From an uncultured Bacteroidota bacterium (GTDB taxonomy: Bacteria > Bacteroidota > Bacteroidia > Bacteroidales > B18-G4), in contig CAWCAB010000003.1 in the NCBI GenBank assembly GCA_963793485.1, forward strand, positions 198,419-262,418: 64,000 bases of DNA, given 5' to 3'. The translations under genes and the position numbers were made by a program. This document shows positions 46,243 to 56,054 of this stretch, piece after piece; positions within the stretch are counted from its first letter, which is position 1, and each line of letters begins with the position of its first letter. The notes under the pieces were generated by a model. It did no database searches. It was not told where the DNA came from and saw only the letters and a program-made list of their open reading frames with translations.

Positions 46243-47621
46243 TCTTTATCTTTTTTAATGTCGTCGAGAACCACCTTCTCATGAGGGTTCTTATGCCCGT
46301 TTTCCTTGGCCATCTCCCATATGGGAATGATAGGAAAGAACTTGGCAAACCAGGTGATGATCAACAGTACTATGGCCACGGTCATTGAGGTGATTGCGAT
46401 CTCATAATATGTCGGCACGTAATGTGTCCAGCTTTCCGGTACATTCTGTATGGGGAAAGTAGGAGTGAATAGTGTTGGTATCACGATCAGCATCCGCTTG
46501 GTCCATGCAAAGAAGATCACGAATAGGGAGATGATGAAGATCGGTAGTGGTTTCCTGAAAGGCTTGAAGATCAATAGAAATATCGGAAGGATAAGTCCAA
46601 ATATCTGTGTGGCCCAGAATAAACGGGCTTCATGACCCACAAAGAGGTCCATGATGTGTTGTCCGTCCAGCTTTTGCATTTTGTATCCTGGAACCAGGTA
46701 TTCATTGATATTGAAATACAGGTATACCAGGCCAGTGAGCACGAGCAGTCTGCCCATCATATCGAATTGCTTGTGGGTGATGTATTTTTTATATGCCGGT
46801 CTGCCTTTCACAAAGATGTACATCGCTGCGATCACGGCTGCAGCACCCACCATAAAAGCTCCGGCGACAAAATACGGCCCAAAGATAGTGCTGTCCCATC
46901 CGGCGCGGCTGTTTACGGCAAAGAGCCATGAGGTTACGGTATGTATGGCAAAGGCCACGGGCATGATCACGATACACATGATTCGTATTGCACGTTTGAG
47001 AAGTTTCCATTGCTCTGCTGTTCCTCTCCAGTTCAGGGCCAGTGCCGTGTACATTTTTCGCTGCCACTTTGGCTTGTCGGTGAGGGTATCGCGCATAATG
47101 GCGATGTCAGGGATCATTGGCAGGTAAAGCAATATGACACTGATGACCAGATATACATTTACAACAGTGATATCCCAAACTATCGGCGATTGTATTCTCC
47201 CGTGCAGGAAAACATTTAATACCCTGTCGGGGCGTCCCATGTCGACCACGATGGTTATGGCTGCTAATGCTACTGCAGCCACAGCGATGATCTCCGAGAT
47301 CCTGGTGATGGGTGCGGCCCATTCAATATTGAGCAGCTTGAGGATAGCTGTGACCAGCGAACCTACCAGGCTGACAGCCACCAGGAACACGAAGTGCCCG
47401 ATATACATACCCCAGGAGGAATAATCCCTCATGGCGGTGACACCCAGTCCGGTAAAAAGCTGGTAAATATAAGCCAGCACGCCAACGATGATTATGAATA
47501 CAAGTACCCTTGTCCATAGCTTGTTCCTGAACTTCTCATCCCTGAGGGGATTGATCAGGTCGCTAACAACCTCATTCAGGCTGCGGCCGGTTTTGGGTAT
47601 ATCTGTAGTTTCAGCAGACAT
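46239..47621 (-). CDS. NrfD/PsrC-family integral membrane quinol-interacting subunit
   Basis: 460 aa with about 10 TM segments. The N-terminal pattern (LWTRVLVFIIIVGVLAYIYQLFTGLGVTAMRDYSSWGMYIGHFVF) is typical of the NrfD family. Confidence 0.8.
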   Translation of the reverse strand: MSAETTDIPKTGRSLNEVVSDLINPLRDEKFRNKLWTRVLVFIIIVGVLAYIYQLFTGLGVTAMRDYSSWGMYIGHFVFLVAVSLVGSLVTAILKLLNIEWAAPITRISEIIAVAAVALAAITIVVDMGRPDRVLNVFLHGRIQSPIVWDITVVNVYLVISVILLYLPMIPDIAIMRDTLTDKPKWQRKMYTALALNWRGTAEQWKLLKRAIRIMCIVIMPVAFAIHTVTSWLFAVNSRAGWDSTIFGPYFVAGAFMVGAAAVIAAMYIFVKGRPAYKKYITHKQFDMMGRLLVLTGLVYLYFNINEYLVPGYKMQKLDGQHIMDLFVGHEARLFWATQIFGLILPIFLLIFKPFRKPLPIFIISLFVIFFAWTKRMLIVIPTLFTPTFPIQNVPESWTHYVPTYYEIAITSMTVAIVLLIITWFAKFFPIIPIWEMAKENGHKNPHEKVVLDDIKKDKE

Positions 47622-47632
47622 ATATTATATTT

Positions 47633-48631
47633 TTAGTGTGATGAATGTGAATCTTCTTCAGGTATGGCTCCGTGTCCTTTGTCCTCTTCCAGCCATATAT
47701 TCTCTTTCTGGAAGGGTGATCTCCGGTTTTTGGGTGGCAGGTAATATACCTGAGGCTTGGTGCCCAGTTCTTCGTGTTGAGTATATCCTGCGTTTTCTGT
47801 GATCAGTTCTTTGAAAGAAACAGTTTCACCCGTTGTACCATTGGTTACGGCATCTTCAAGCTTATCGCCGAAGTAGTATACCCCGTTAGGGCAGGCTGAG
47901 ACGCAGTAGGGGAGTTGTCCCTTACGCAGACGGTCAGCACTGAACAGGCACTTGGAGATGGTTCCCCGCTTTTGTGGTACGTTGAGCTCTACATCGTAAA
48001 CCCTTTCTTTTTCTTCTTCCGTCATGTCTGGCTCAAACCAGTTAAACACCCTGGCAGAATAAGGACATCCGGCAATACAGAAACGGCAACCGATGCAGCG
48101 GAGGTTGTCGATGAGCACAATGCCGTCTTTACGCTTAAAGGTGGCATTCACCGGACAGACCTTGGTGCAGGGTGGGTTGTCGCAGTGAAAGCAAGGCTTG
48201 GGCATGTAATAGGGTGCCGTATCTTCACTGTCCTGCATTTGCAATACGTTGATATGATGTTGCTCCGGACGGAGCTCATGCGCCCCCTGGCAGGCAGCCA
48301 TACATTTTCTGGCATTCTTGCAGCGGGAGAGGTCAATGACCATCACCCAGTGGTGCCCAACAAGTCCTTCGCGCCCACGCTTCTGATTGACACTCAACAG
48401 GCCGTCATAGCTTTCTTCAGTTACGTCTGCTGGCTGTAGCTTGCTGGAGTCAACTTCCACAAGAGTGCCGTCGGTGGTCATCACCTTTACCTTCTCGCCT
48501 TCCTCTACTGTATCACCGCTGCAGGCAGCGATGATCCCGGTCCCGGCTACCGCCCCTGCGCCGAGTACCAGCCCGGTACGTAAGAAATCTCTCCGTGAAG
48601 CTTTTTCGCTTGATTTTTCCTTTTTCTTCAT
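47633..48631 (-). CDS. Tat-exported 4Fe-4S ferredoxin-type subunit (NrfC/HybA/PsrB-like), probable lipoprotein
   Basis: Twin-arginine signal SRRDFLRTG, lipobox-like IAAC. Cys clusters CKNARKCMAAC, CFHCDNPPCTKVCP, CIGCRFCIAGCP, CVSACP. Confidence 0.85.
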   Translation of the reverse strand: MKKKEKSSEKASRRDFLRTGLVLGAGAVAGTGIIAACSGDTVEEGEKVKVMTTDGTLVEVDSSKLQPADVTEESYDGLLSVNQKRGREGLVGHHWVMVIDLSRCKNARKCMAACQGAHELRPEQHHINVLQMQDSEDTAPYYMPKPCFHCDNPPCTKVCPVNATFKRKDGIVLIDNLRCIGCRFCIAGCPYSARVFNWFEPDMTEEEKERVYDVELNVPQKRGTISKCLFSADRLRKGQLPYCVSACPNGVYYFGDKLEDAVTNGTTGETVSFKELITENAGYTQHEELGTKPQVYYLPPKNRRSPFQKENIWLEEDKGHGAIPEEDSHSSH

Positions 48632-48756
48632 GAATATGAATTCATTGATGTTTTACCAAAGGTAAAAATAAAAGGAATATTAATGACGGACAACAATTTA
48701 GGTATTGAAATACCTGAATATGATGTGATTTAAATGAGTTCTAAATAAGAGACATG

Positions 48757-49551
48757 CTACCAGCTTCCACCGGCACCACCGCCGCCAAAGCCGCCACCGC
48801 CGAAGCCACCGAAACTGCTTCCGCCGCCACTATAGCCTCCACCGGATGATCCGCCCCAGCTACTGCCGCTACTGCCACCCATCATACTGCCCAGCCATAA
48901 TGCTGTCCATGGCGACATGCTTTTGCTGCCCATGGTACGTGAACGGCGTGATAGCCTGCTGATAAAAATAAAGAAGAGAATAAAGACGAAGAATGGCAAA
49001 TATGCCCACCATTTGGCGCCTTTGCTTTTGCCATATTCGTCGGAGTTGTATTCACCGGCAGCCAGTTCCATGAGTACCGTTGTGGCGGCATCAAGCCCTG
49101 AATAGTAATCATTTTGCTTGAAGTAAGGGATCATTTCGAAGTCTTCGATCTGTCCTGCAGTGATATCGGGAATGGCCCCCGTTAAGCCGTAACCTACAGA
49201 AATAAAGACCTCGCCACGATTGTTGCCGATTTTAGGTTTTACCAGAATCACCAGTCCGTTACCCAATTCTTTTTGCCCAACGCCCCACTTATCACCAATA
49301 CCGCTTGCATAGGTTTCAGGGGTGTAGCCAAGAAGATCATCTGTGATTATGATCAGGATTTGATTGGAGGTGGTATCATTAAAGCGCACAAGCTTGTTCT
49401 CGAGCGCATTCATTTCTGCTGAAGTAAGTATGCCGGTATAATCAACCACCAGTCGTGGAGGTGTTGGCCGGTCAGGCAGGTCCTGTCCTTGCATGGAGGA
49501 AAATCCAAAAAGCAGAATGAAAAACGGGATTAAATATTTTATTGTTTTCAT
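48757..49551 (-). CDS. TPM domain protein (YgcG-like) with TM segment and Gly-rich tail
   Basis: Signal peptide, TPM pattern VVDYTGILTSAEMNALENKLVRFNDTTSNQILIIITDDL, C-terminal GGSSGGGYSGGGSSFGGFGGGGFGGGG. Confidence 0.8.
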   Translation of the reverse strand: MKTIKYLIPFFILLFGFSSMQGQDLPDRPTPPRLVVDYTGILTSAEMNALENKLVRFNDTTSNQILIIITDDLLGYTPETYASGIGDKWGVGQKELGNGLVILVKPKIGNNRGEVFISVGYGLTGAIPDITAGQIEDFEMIPYFKQNDYYSGLDAATTVLMELAAGEYNSDEYGKSKGAKWWAYLPFFVFILFFIFISRLSRRSRTMGSKSMSPWTALWLGSMMGGSSGSSWGGSSGGGYSGGGSSFGGFGGGGFGGGGAGGSW

Positions 49552-49559
49552 AGCCTTTC

Positions 49560-50006
49560 TTATTTGTCTCCAAAAGAGATCTCGTCCGACAATTCGTTTA
49601 CATCATCTGTCTGATAAGGAAAATGTTTTTTCAGATAATTCCCGGTCTTGGTGATCCCATCGACCAGGCCATCGGTGAACTTCTCTTCCCTGAAAGCATC
49701 CAGCATTTCGGTCTTGAGTTTGTCCCAGAAGTCATCGGGAACCACCTCATTGATGCCTTCATCACCTATCACGGCAAACTTGCGGTTCTTCACTGCCAGG
49801 TAGAACAATACCCCATTTCGCAATTCAGTTTTATGGATCTTGAGCTTTTCAAATACTTTCAGTGCCCTGTCCATTACATCTCCCTTGCATTTGGAGTCGA
49901 TATGGACCCTGATTTCACCGCTGGTATCCAGTTCGGCATTCATGATGGCCTGTTTGATATCATCACGCTGCTCGCGCGAGAAAAAATCCTGTGCTGATTT
50001 TGACAT
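49560..50006 (-). CDS. TPM domain protein (cytoplasmic-type, TLP18.3/Psb32-like)
   Basis: FFSREQRDDIKQAIMNAELDTSGEIRVHI...NGVLFYLAVKNRKFAVIGDEGI. Confidence 0.75.
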   Translation of the reverse strand: MSKSAQDFFSREQRDDIKQAIMNAELDTSGEIRVHIDSKCKGDVMDRALKVFEKLKIHKTELRNGVLFYLAVKNRKFAVIGDEGINEVVPDDFWDKLKTEMLDAFREEKFTDGLVDGITKTGNYLKKHFPYQTDDVNELSDEISFGDK

Positions 50007-50017
50007 GGGTTTTTGTT

Positions 50018-50629
50018 TTAGTCGAGATAATCACCAACATCGGGTGCTTCTTCGGCGCCTTCTTTTGCTTCGAAATAAGCTTTTTGCTCAAAGCCGAACC
50101 ACGAGGCCAGCATGCGTGGGAAGAATCTCCTGATGTAGGTATTGTAATCCCTTGTGGCTTCGTTGAACTTCCGTCTTGCATTACTGATACGGTTCTCGGT
50201 GCCTTCCAACTGCCTCTGCAGGTCCATATAATTCTGATTTGCCTTCAGGTCAGGATATTTTTCAACCACAACAAGTAGTTTCGACAAAGCACTTGTCAGG
50301 CCTTCCTGTGCCTGCTGGAACTGCTGTATGCTCTGTGCATTCAGGTTCGTAGGGTCAACAGTAACTGATGTGGCTTTTGCCCGTGCCTCAACCACTTCGG
50401 TAAGTGTTTCTTGCTCATATTCAGCATAGGAACGCACTGTTTTTACCAGGTTGGGGATGAGATCGGCACGGCGCTGGTAGTCGTTCTCCACCTGTGACCA
50501 TTTTTCTGTTACGCCTTCATCCAGGCGGACCATCTTGTTATAGGTGGATATTCCGGAGAATAATATCACCAGGCCAATGATCAGAATAAGTCCGACGACA
50601 ATGATTGCAATTAATGCTTTGGGTTTCAT
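50018..50629 (-). CDS. LemA family protein
   Basis: N-terminal TM segment followed by YNKMVRLDEGVTEKWSQVENDYQRRADLIPNLV, typical of LemA. It is first in the LemA-TPM-TPM operon. Confidence 0.88.
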   Translation of the reverse strand: MKPKALIAIIVVGLILIIGLVILFSGISTYNKMVRLDEGVTEKWSQVENDYQRRADLIPNLVKTVRSYAEYEQETLTEVVEARAKATSVTVDPTNLNAQSIQQFQQAQEGLTSALSKLLVVVEKYPDLKANQNYMDLQRQLEGTENRISNARRKFNEATRDYNTYIRRFFPRMLASWFGFEQKAYFEAKEGAEEAPDVGDYLD

Positions 50630-50647
50630 ATGTACTTGGTTTTAAAA

Positions 50648-52552
50648 TTAGTCTATCAGGTCAATACTTCTTTTTACAAAATCTGTCAAAGCCTTGCCTT
50701 TTAACATATTCTGTGAAAGCAGTGCCAGGTCGTAAGCCTGTTTAATCACATTATCCTGTGTCTCATCTTTCTTTTCGCTCAGGATCTTTGTCATGATGGG
50801 ATGATTGGCATTCACCACCAGGTTATACTGGTCGGGGAAGTTTTCCATGCCCATCATGCCGCCACCAAGGGCCGACATATCTTTCATCCTTCGCATGAAC
50901 TCAGGCTTGGTGATCATGAAAGGTACGTCATTTTCGCTTAAATTCTCAAATACAACGCTAAATTGTTCCTTATTTATGTTCCTTTCTATCACCGGCTTAA
51001 GTGATTCTTTCTCCTTATCATCAAGCTTTGAAGGAGTCTCTTCATCTTTATTGATCAGTTTTTCAACAGTATCGGAATCTACCCGGGTAAACTTTGTAGT
51101 ATTCTCTTTTTGCTCCATGGTGTTGATGAAGTGGCTGTCGAGAATGCCATCAAATACAACGATATCATATCCTTTTTCTCTGCTAGCCTCAATGTAGCTG
51201 TATTGCTCATCTATATTGCTGGTATAAAGAATGATGAGGTTTTTATCCTTATCAGTCTGCTGCTTTTTAATATGTTTTTCATATTCTTCAATGGTGAAGT
51301 ACTTGCCTTCAGTATTCTTATAGAGCATGAATTTCTTTGCCCTTTCGAAAAACTTTTCCTCACTGATCATCCCGTACTGGATAAACACCCTGATGTCGTC
51401 CCATTTCTTTTCAAAGCCTTCACGGTCTTTTTTGAAAAGTTCTTCCAGTTTATCAGCTACCTTACGCAGGATATAGCCTGAGATCTTTTTCACGCTGGCA
51501 TCGCTTTGCAGGTAGGAGCGGGATACGTTCAGCGGGATATCCGGTGAATCGATCACTCCGTGCAGTAGGGTCAGGAAATCAGGTACAATGCCTTCAACAG
51601 AATCGGTCACAAAAACCTGATTACAATATAGCTGTATCTTGTCTTTTTGTATCTCTACATTCTTTTTCACTTTTGGGAAATAGAGTATTCCGGTCAGGTT
51701 AAATGGGTAATCCACGTTGAGATGGATCTGGAAGAGTGGCTCCTCAAATGTCATGGGATAAAGTTCCCGATAGAATGTTTTATAATCCTCATCTGTGCAA
51801 TCGCCTGGTTTCTTCTTCCAGAGAGGATCGGTATTGTTGATGATCCTTGGCTTTACAACTTCGATGGTTTTGTCTTTCCCTTCTTCATCCTTTTCGCCTT
51901 CAACAGTTTCAGTCACCTTTTCTGTTCCAAATTGTATAGGTACCGGCAGGAATTTGCTGTACTTAGTCAGCAGACCCATGATACGTGATTCTTCCATGAA
52001 TTCTTTTGAATCTTCATCCAGGTAGACGATCACTTCCGTACCGCGATCTTCCTTATCGGTTTCTGTAATGGTATATTCAGGACTGCCATCGCATTCCCAT
52101 TGCATGGCTTTAGTCTGCCCGCCTTTCTTATAGGTCTTGGTGCGAAGCACAACCTTGTCGGCAACCATAAAGGCCGAATAAAATCCCAAACCAAAGTGTC
52201 CTATGATAGCATTCTTTTCTGCTTCGGTCTTGGTCTTGAATTTCTTTACAAATTCTTCAGCGCTTGAAAAAGCGATCTGGTTGATATATTTATCGATCTC
52301 TTCCGCATTCATCCCGATACCCCTGTCCTTTACGGTAAGCGTGCCGGCTGCTTTATCGAGGATGACCTCAACTGTCAGGTCGCCCAACTCACCACTATAT
52401 TTGCCCACAGAGGAAAGGGTCTTCAACTTTTGTGTGGCATCAACGGCATTGGATACGAGTTCTCTCAGGAATATCTCATGATCTGAGTATAGGAACTTCT
52501 TGATGATGGGAAAAATGTTTTCTGTCTGTACGTTTATCTGTCCTTTTTGCAT
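50648..52552 (-). CDS. htpG: Molecular chaperone HtpG (Hsp90)
   Basis: N-terminus FLRELVSNAVDA and IGHFGLGFYSAFMVADKV (GHKL ATPase), 634 aa. Confidence 0.96.
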   Translation of the reverse strand: MQKGQINVQTENIFPIIKKFLYSDHEIFLRELVSNAVDATQKLKTLSSVGKYSGELGDLTVEVILDKAAGTLTVKDRGIGMNAEEIDKYINQIAFSSAEEFVKKFKTKTEAEKNAIIGHFGLGFYSAFMVADKVVLRTKTYKKGGQTKAMQWECDGSPEYTITETDKEDRGTEVIVYLDEDSKEFMEESRIMGLLTKYSKFLPVPIQFGTEKVTETVEGEKDEEGKDKTIEVVKPRIINNTDPLWKKKPGDCTDEDYKTFYRELYPMTFEEPLFQIHLNVDYPFNLTGILYFPKVKKNVEIQKDKIQLYCNQVFVTDSVEGIVPDFLTLLHGVIDSPDIPLNVSRSYLQSDASVKKISGYILRKVADKLEELFKKDREGFEKKWDDIRVFIQYGMISEEKFFERAKKFMLYKNTEGKYFTIEEYEKHIKKQQTDKDKNLIILYTSNIDEQYSYIEASREKGYDIVVFDGILDSHFINTMEQKENTTKFTRVDSDTVEKLINKDEETPSKLDDKEKESLKPVIERNINKEQFSVVFENLSENDVPFMITKPEFMRRMKDMSALGGGMMGMENFPDQYNLVVNANHPIMTKILSEKKDETQDNVIKQAYDLALLSQNMLKGKALTDFVKRSIDLID

Positions 52553-52649
52553 GTTATATCGTTTGTTTTGTTGTCCGTAAGAGCAAAATCAAAGTATGTG
52601 CCAATGCCCTGTTTCTGCCATTTTGACGCGTTTTGTATATTTACCGGCC

Positions 52650-53324
52650 ATGGGAACGCTAATAAATGTCGCAGCTGTCATCATAGGCAGTCTGATCGGA
52701 TTGTTGATCAACAGGAAATTACCGCAGAAGATCATTACAATTATCTTCCAGGTGATGGGACTGTTCACTCTGGTATTGGGTATCAGCATGTCGCTCAAAA
52801 CAGAGCACTACCTGGTGGTGATCGGAAGCCTCGTTTCCGGAGCAGTGATTGGGGAGTGGATTGACCTTGATAAATATATGAAGCGCTGGAGTGAGAAGTT
52901 GAAGAAGCGCCTGAAAATGGGAAATGAAAAGTTTTCTGATGGCATGATCACGGCTTTCCTGCTTTATTGTATGGGGGCGATGACGATACTGGGAGCTATA
53001 GAAGAAGGTGTTGAAGGTAGCTACGACATACTTTTGATGAAATCACTCATGGATGGAGTTTCCTCCATTGCCCTGGCCTCTGCACTGGGAATAGGGGTGA
53101 TGTTTTCAGCCATCCCATTGCTGGTATACCAGGGCGGTCTCACACTTTTCTCTTCATTTATCGGTGAACACTTTACCGAAGTGATCATCAATGACCTGAG
53201 CGCAACAGGTGGCATCTTGCTCATAGGATTAGGGGTGAATATCCTGGAGATCAAAAGCCTGAAGATACTTAACATGATCCCGGCCCTGGTAATCGTTGTG
53301 ATCCTGTCTTACCTCGTATATTGA
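52650..53324 (+). CDS. DUF554 family membrane protein
   Basis: From ATG 52650 the sequence reads MGTLINVAAVIIGSLIGLLINRKLPQK, typical of DUF554. Confidence 0.75.
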   Translation: MGTLINVAAVIIGSLIGLLINRKLPQKIITIIFQVMGLFTLVLGISMSLKTEHYLVVIGSLVSGAVIGEWIDLDKYMKRWSEKLKKRLKMGNEKFSDGMITAFLLYCMGAMTILGAIEEGVEGSYDILLMKSLMDGVSSIALASALGIGVMFSAIPLLVYQGGLTLFSSFIGEHFTEVIINDLSATGGILLIGLGVNILEIKSLKILNMIPALVIVVILSYLVY

Positions 53325-53331
53325 CAGGCCA

Positions 53332-55377
53332 TTATATCTTTACCAGCTTGCAGCTCGTCGAATGCTGACCATCCGATATGCGTACAACATAGGTTCCCTT
53401 TTTCAGATGCCCTATATTCATCTCATGATCTTGCCCGGCAGGGAAATACTGGCAATGTACAAGCTCTGATACGGTATTGAAGATATCCACGCTTATTGCA
53501 CTGGCAGGTGCAGGGGATATTTGCAGCCGAACTTGTTCATGGGCCGGATTGGGAAATAATGAAGCATGAAGTCCTGGCATCAATTTGCTGTTAACGATAA
53601 AGTCTTCATGAATACTCTCTGTGCCTGGAGATTCTTCTTTAGTATTGCAGGAGAAGTGGAGATCGGGATCGACTTTTATACTGAGCACAGATCCATAAAC
53701 GGCTGAAAAGCCTTCCCTCAGCATCGCTAAACCCGAGGCTTTAATATCGAGGAAGCCTCCGGGATGCACCGTCACATCACCCCTGGGCCGTAAAGGGGTC
53801 ACATAGTTGCCGGCCGCCACCTTTTTGCCAAGCAAGCTCCAGTTTCCGATCACATTCACATGCTGAAAGTAAGTGTCGGTGAGCATCACCTCATTCACAA
53901 TGTCTTCAAGGATATCATCAGGCAGTACATCATGCCAGGAAGTTTGTTCAGGTTCTATACATACATCAAACATGGAATTGCCATTACGCATATCAAGCGC
54001 ACTATAATAAGGTATATAGGTGGGGTCAGTGAAGCGCTCAAACTCGATTGTCGGATAATACAATGGGGTGATACCGGGCACGAGAAGCTGTAGCCACCAG
54101 TAGCTTGCTTGCTTGATGATTGGCGACATAGTGGTGAGATCCCTGGGGAGCCAGGAGCCTGATAAGCTTTCTGCCTGGGTAAGGTCGAAGGTTTTTACAG
54201 TCCCATTTAGTGGTCCCAGATGGTAAGTAACCTTATACCAACCTCCTGAGTTTGGATTTGGGTTATTATTAGAGAAAGAAACTCCTATGTTTCTGGTATA
54301 GTGAGGATAACCATCACCATTCATGCTATTCAATTCATTGAAAAATGCCTGATGAACCCCTCCACCGGGATCGTAGGCATTGTATATAAGCAACTGACGG
54401 GCGGCCTCATTGCTGAGGGCATGCTTTGCAAACTCATCATCGGACTCGTTGGCCTTTTTAAAGTTTTGAAGTGGCTCCGAAACAATGGCTCCCTGGTGAG
54501 GGGAATCAATTGCAATAAATGTATGTACAGGTAGAGGGCTCCCGGAACGCTCGGCCTTGGCAAGCGCATAGCGCGAAATGATACCTCCCATGCTAACCCC
54601 GCCTGCAACAATGAGTTCATCACCATATATGGAAGAGATATACTTCACTGCGGAGGCAAATACAGCAGCATTGTTCTTAATGTCCTGTGTCCCGAAATAA
54701 TTGTCGAGCAGGTACACATCATAGCCATTGCTGTTAAAACATGCAATCAGCTCAGAAGCGGCTTCATAGTACATCTCTTGCCCATTGGTATTGTAGGCAT
54801 CGAAACCTTCAGAGAACACAAGGGCATTCAGGCTATTCGGGTCATTACCGGCCCACTTTCGGAGTGTATTACCGGCATTGTCCTTAAATAACTTTTGTGA
54901 AGAGGGGATGACTTTCACCTTGTATTCCCTCATGCGTATGGTGGCATCGAAAAATGTGACCCTTACCACAAGTTTGTACTCACCGATATTGGGAAATGCT
55001 CCTGAAGAATTATACCAGACAATGTCCTGTTTGGCGCTTCCATTATAAATAGTAGTAAAGCCATTATCATTGATATTTACCTCTACCTTCAGCATGAAGA
55101 GCAAGGCCGCTGCAGGGCTGAATCGGGTAGTGAAATTGATATAATGATTGCCCTGCTGTACATAAATAGGGATGACATCTGCATTTAGCAAACAAAGGTG
55201 CACTCCCTGAATAATGTTGGATTTCTCTTCCCATTCGTAAAATTCAGGGTCGTTGGGCGTATTGCCTGTAACAACATAGGCTGTAGATTGTGCTTTCCAG
55301 TCGTCACAGATCTGGGCGTTCGCTGAAATAGCAATAATCAGTAGGTTGAGCAGTAAGTTTAGTAATCGTTTCATCAT
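53332..55377 (-). CDS. Secreted alpha/beta-hydrolase (lipase/esterase-like) with T9SS C-terminal sorting domain
   Basis: Signal peptide, nucleophile elbow AGGVSMGGIISRYA, C-terminus LFPNPAHEQVRLQISP...GTYVVRISDGQHSTSCKLVKI. Confidence 0.7.
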   Translation of the reverse strand: MMKRLLNLLLNLLIIAISANAQICDDWKAQSTAYVVTGNTPNDPEFYEWEEKSNIIQGVHLCLLNADVIPIYVQQGNHYINFTTRFSPAAALLFMLKVEVNINDNGFTTIYNGSAKQDIVWYNSSGAFPNIGEYKLVVRVTFFDATIRMREYKVKVIPSSQKLFKDNAGNTLRKWAGNDPNSLNALVFSEGFDAYNTNGQEMYYEAASELIACFNSNGYDVYLLDNYFGTQDIKNNAAVFASAVKYISSIYGDELIVAGGVSMGGIISRYALAKAERSGSPLPVHTFIAIDSPHQGAIVSEPLQNFKKANESDDEFAKHALSNEAARQLLIYNAYDPGGGVHQAFFNELNSMNGDGYPHYTRNIGVSFSNNNPNPNSGGWYKVTYHLGPLNGTVKTFDLTQAESLSGSWLPRDLTTMSPIIKQASYWWLQLLVPGITPLYYPTIEFERFTDPTYIPYYSALDMRNGNSMFDVCIEPEQTSWHDVLPDDILEDIVNEVMLTDTYFQHVNVIGNWSLLGKKVAAGNYVTPLRPRGDVTVHPGGFLDIKASGLAMLREGFSAVYGSVLSIKVDPDLHFSCNTKEESPGTESIHEDFIVNSKLMPGLHASLFPNPAHEQVRLQISPAPASAISVDIFNTVSELVHCQYFPAGQDHEMNIGHLKKGTYVVRISDGQHSTSCKLVKI

Positions 55378-55383
55378 AGTAGT

Positions 55384-56034
55384 TTACAGTTTTAGTCCGA
55401 GTTGAATACTGATGTCGAAGCTGGGGAACCATTTGGCACCGGATTCGAAATCTTTATCATATGGGAACTCATGCTGGCCGGGATCATCCCCCTTTTTGTT
55501 TTCACTCCAGCTGCTGATATAACGTACACCAAACCCCAGAGCAGGATCGAAGTAGAGAGGGCCGGCAATACGGAACTGATACCCGGCCATGGCATGAGCG
55601 CTTAACATATTTCGGTGTACCTGGTATGTGTTCGGTACACCATTTTGGTATGTTTCGTACATATCCGATCGCGTATACTGGTAAGCCAGCCGGGGGCCGA
55701 GATGGAATCCGCTGAATGGATGCTTCCCGGGAATGAGATAGAAACTATAGTCAGCCGACACCATAAAACCCACTGTCTTTTCCGTCTCAATCTTTGTATA
55801 AGCTTCACCACACGACTTGCATGGGAAGATATACATGACATCGGTACTCAGGCTCTGATCACTCCCAACCATCAGTTCAACACCAAGCCCGACACCCATG
55901 CTGGTAGTTACCTGATCACCCAGAAGGCTGATCACATCATACTTGATGATACAAGCATTCTTTCTGACATCCTGCGAGAGCAGTAAATTACCGGATATGT
56001 AGAACATTGTGATAAAAATTAAATACTTTTTCAT
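55384..56034 (-). CDS. Probable outer-membrane beta-barrel protein (DUF3575/porin-like)
   Basis: Signal peptide, alternating aromatic/Gly strands, C-terminal ...FDISIQLGLKL. The family assignment is tentative. Confidence 0.4.
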   Translation of the reverse strand: MKKYLIFITMFYISGNLLLSQDVRKNACIIKYDVISLLGDQVTTSMGVGLGVELMVGSDQSLSTDVMYIFPCKSCGEAYTKIETEKTVGFMVSADYSFYLIPGKHPFSGFHLGPRLAYQYTRSDMYETYQNGVPNTYQVHRNMLSAHAMAGYQFRIAGPLYFDPALGFGVRYISSWSENKKGDDPGQHEFPYDKDFESGAKWFPSFDISIQLGLKL

Positions 56035-56054
56035 GGGGTTTGGTTTAAGGGGAC

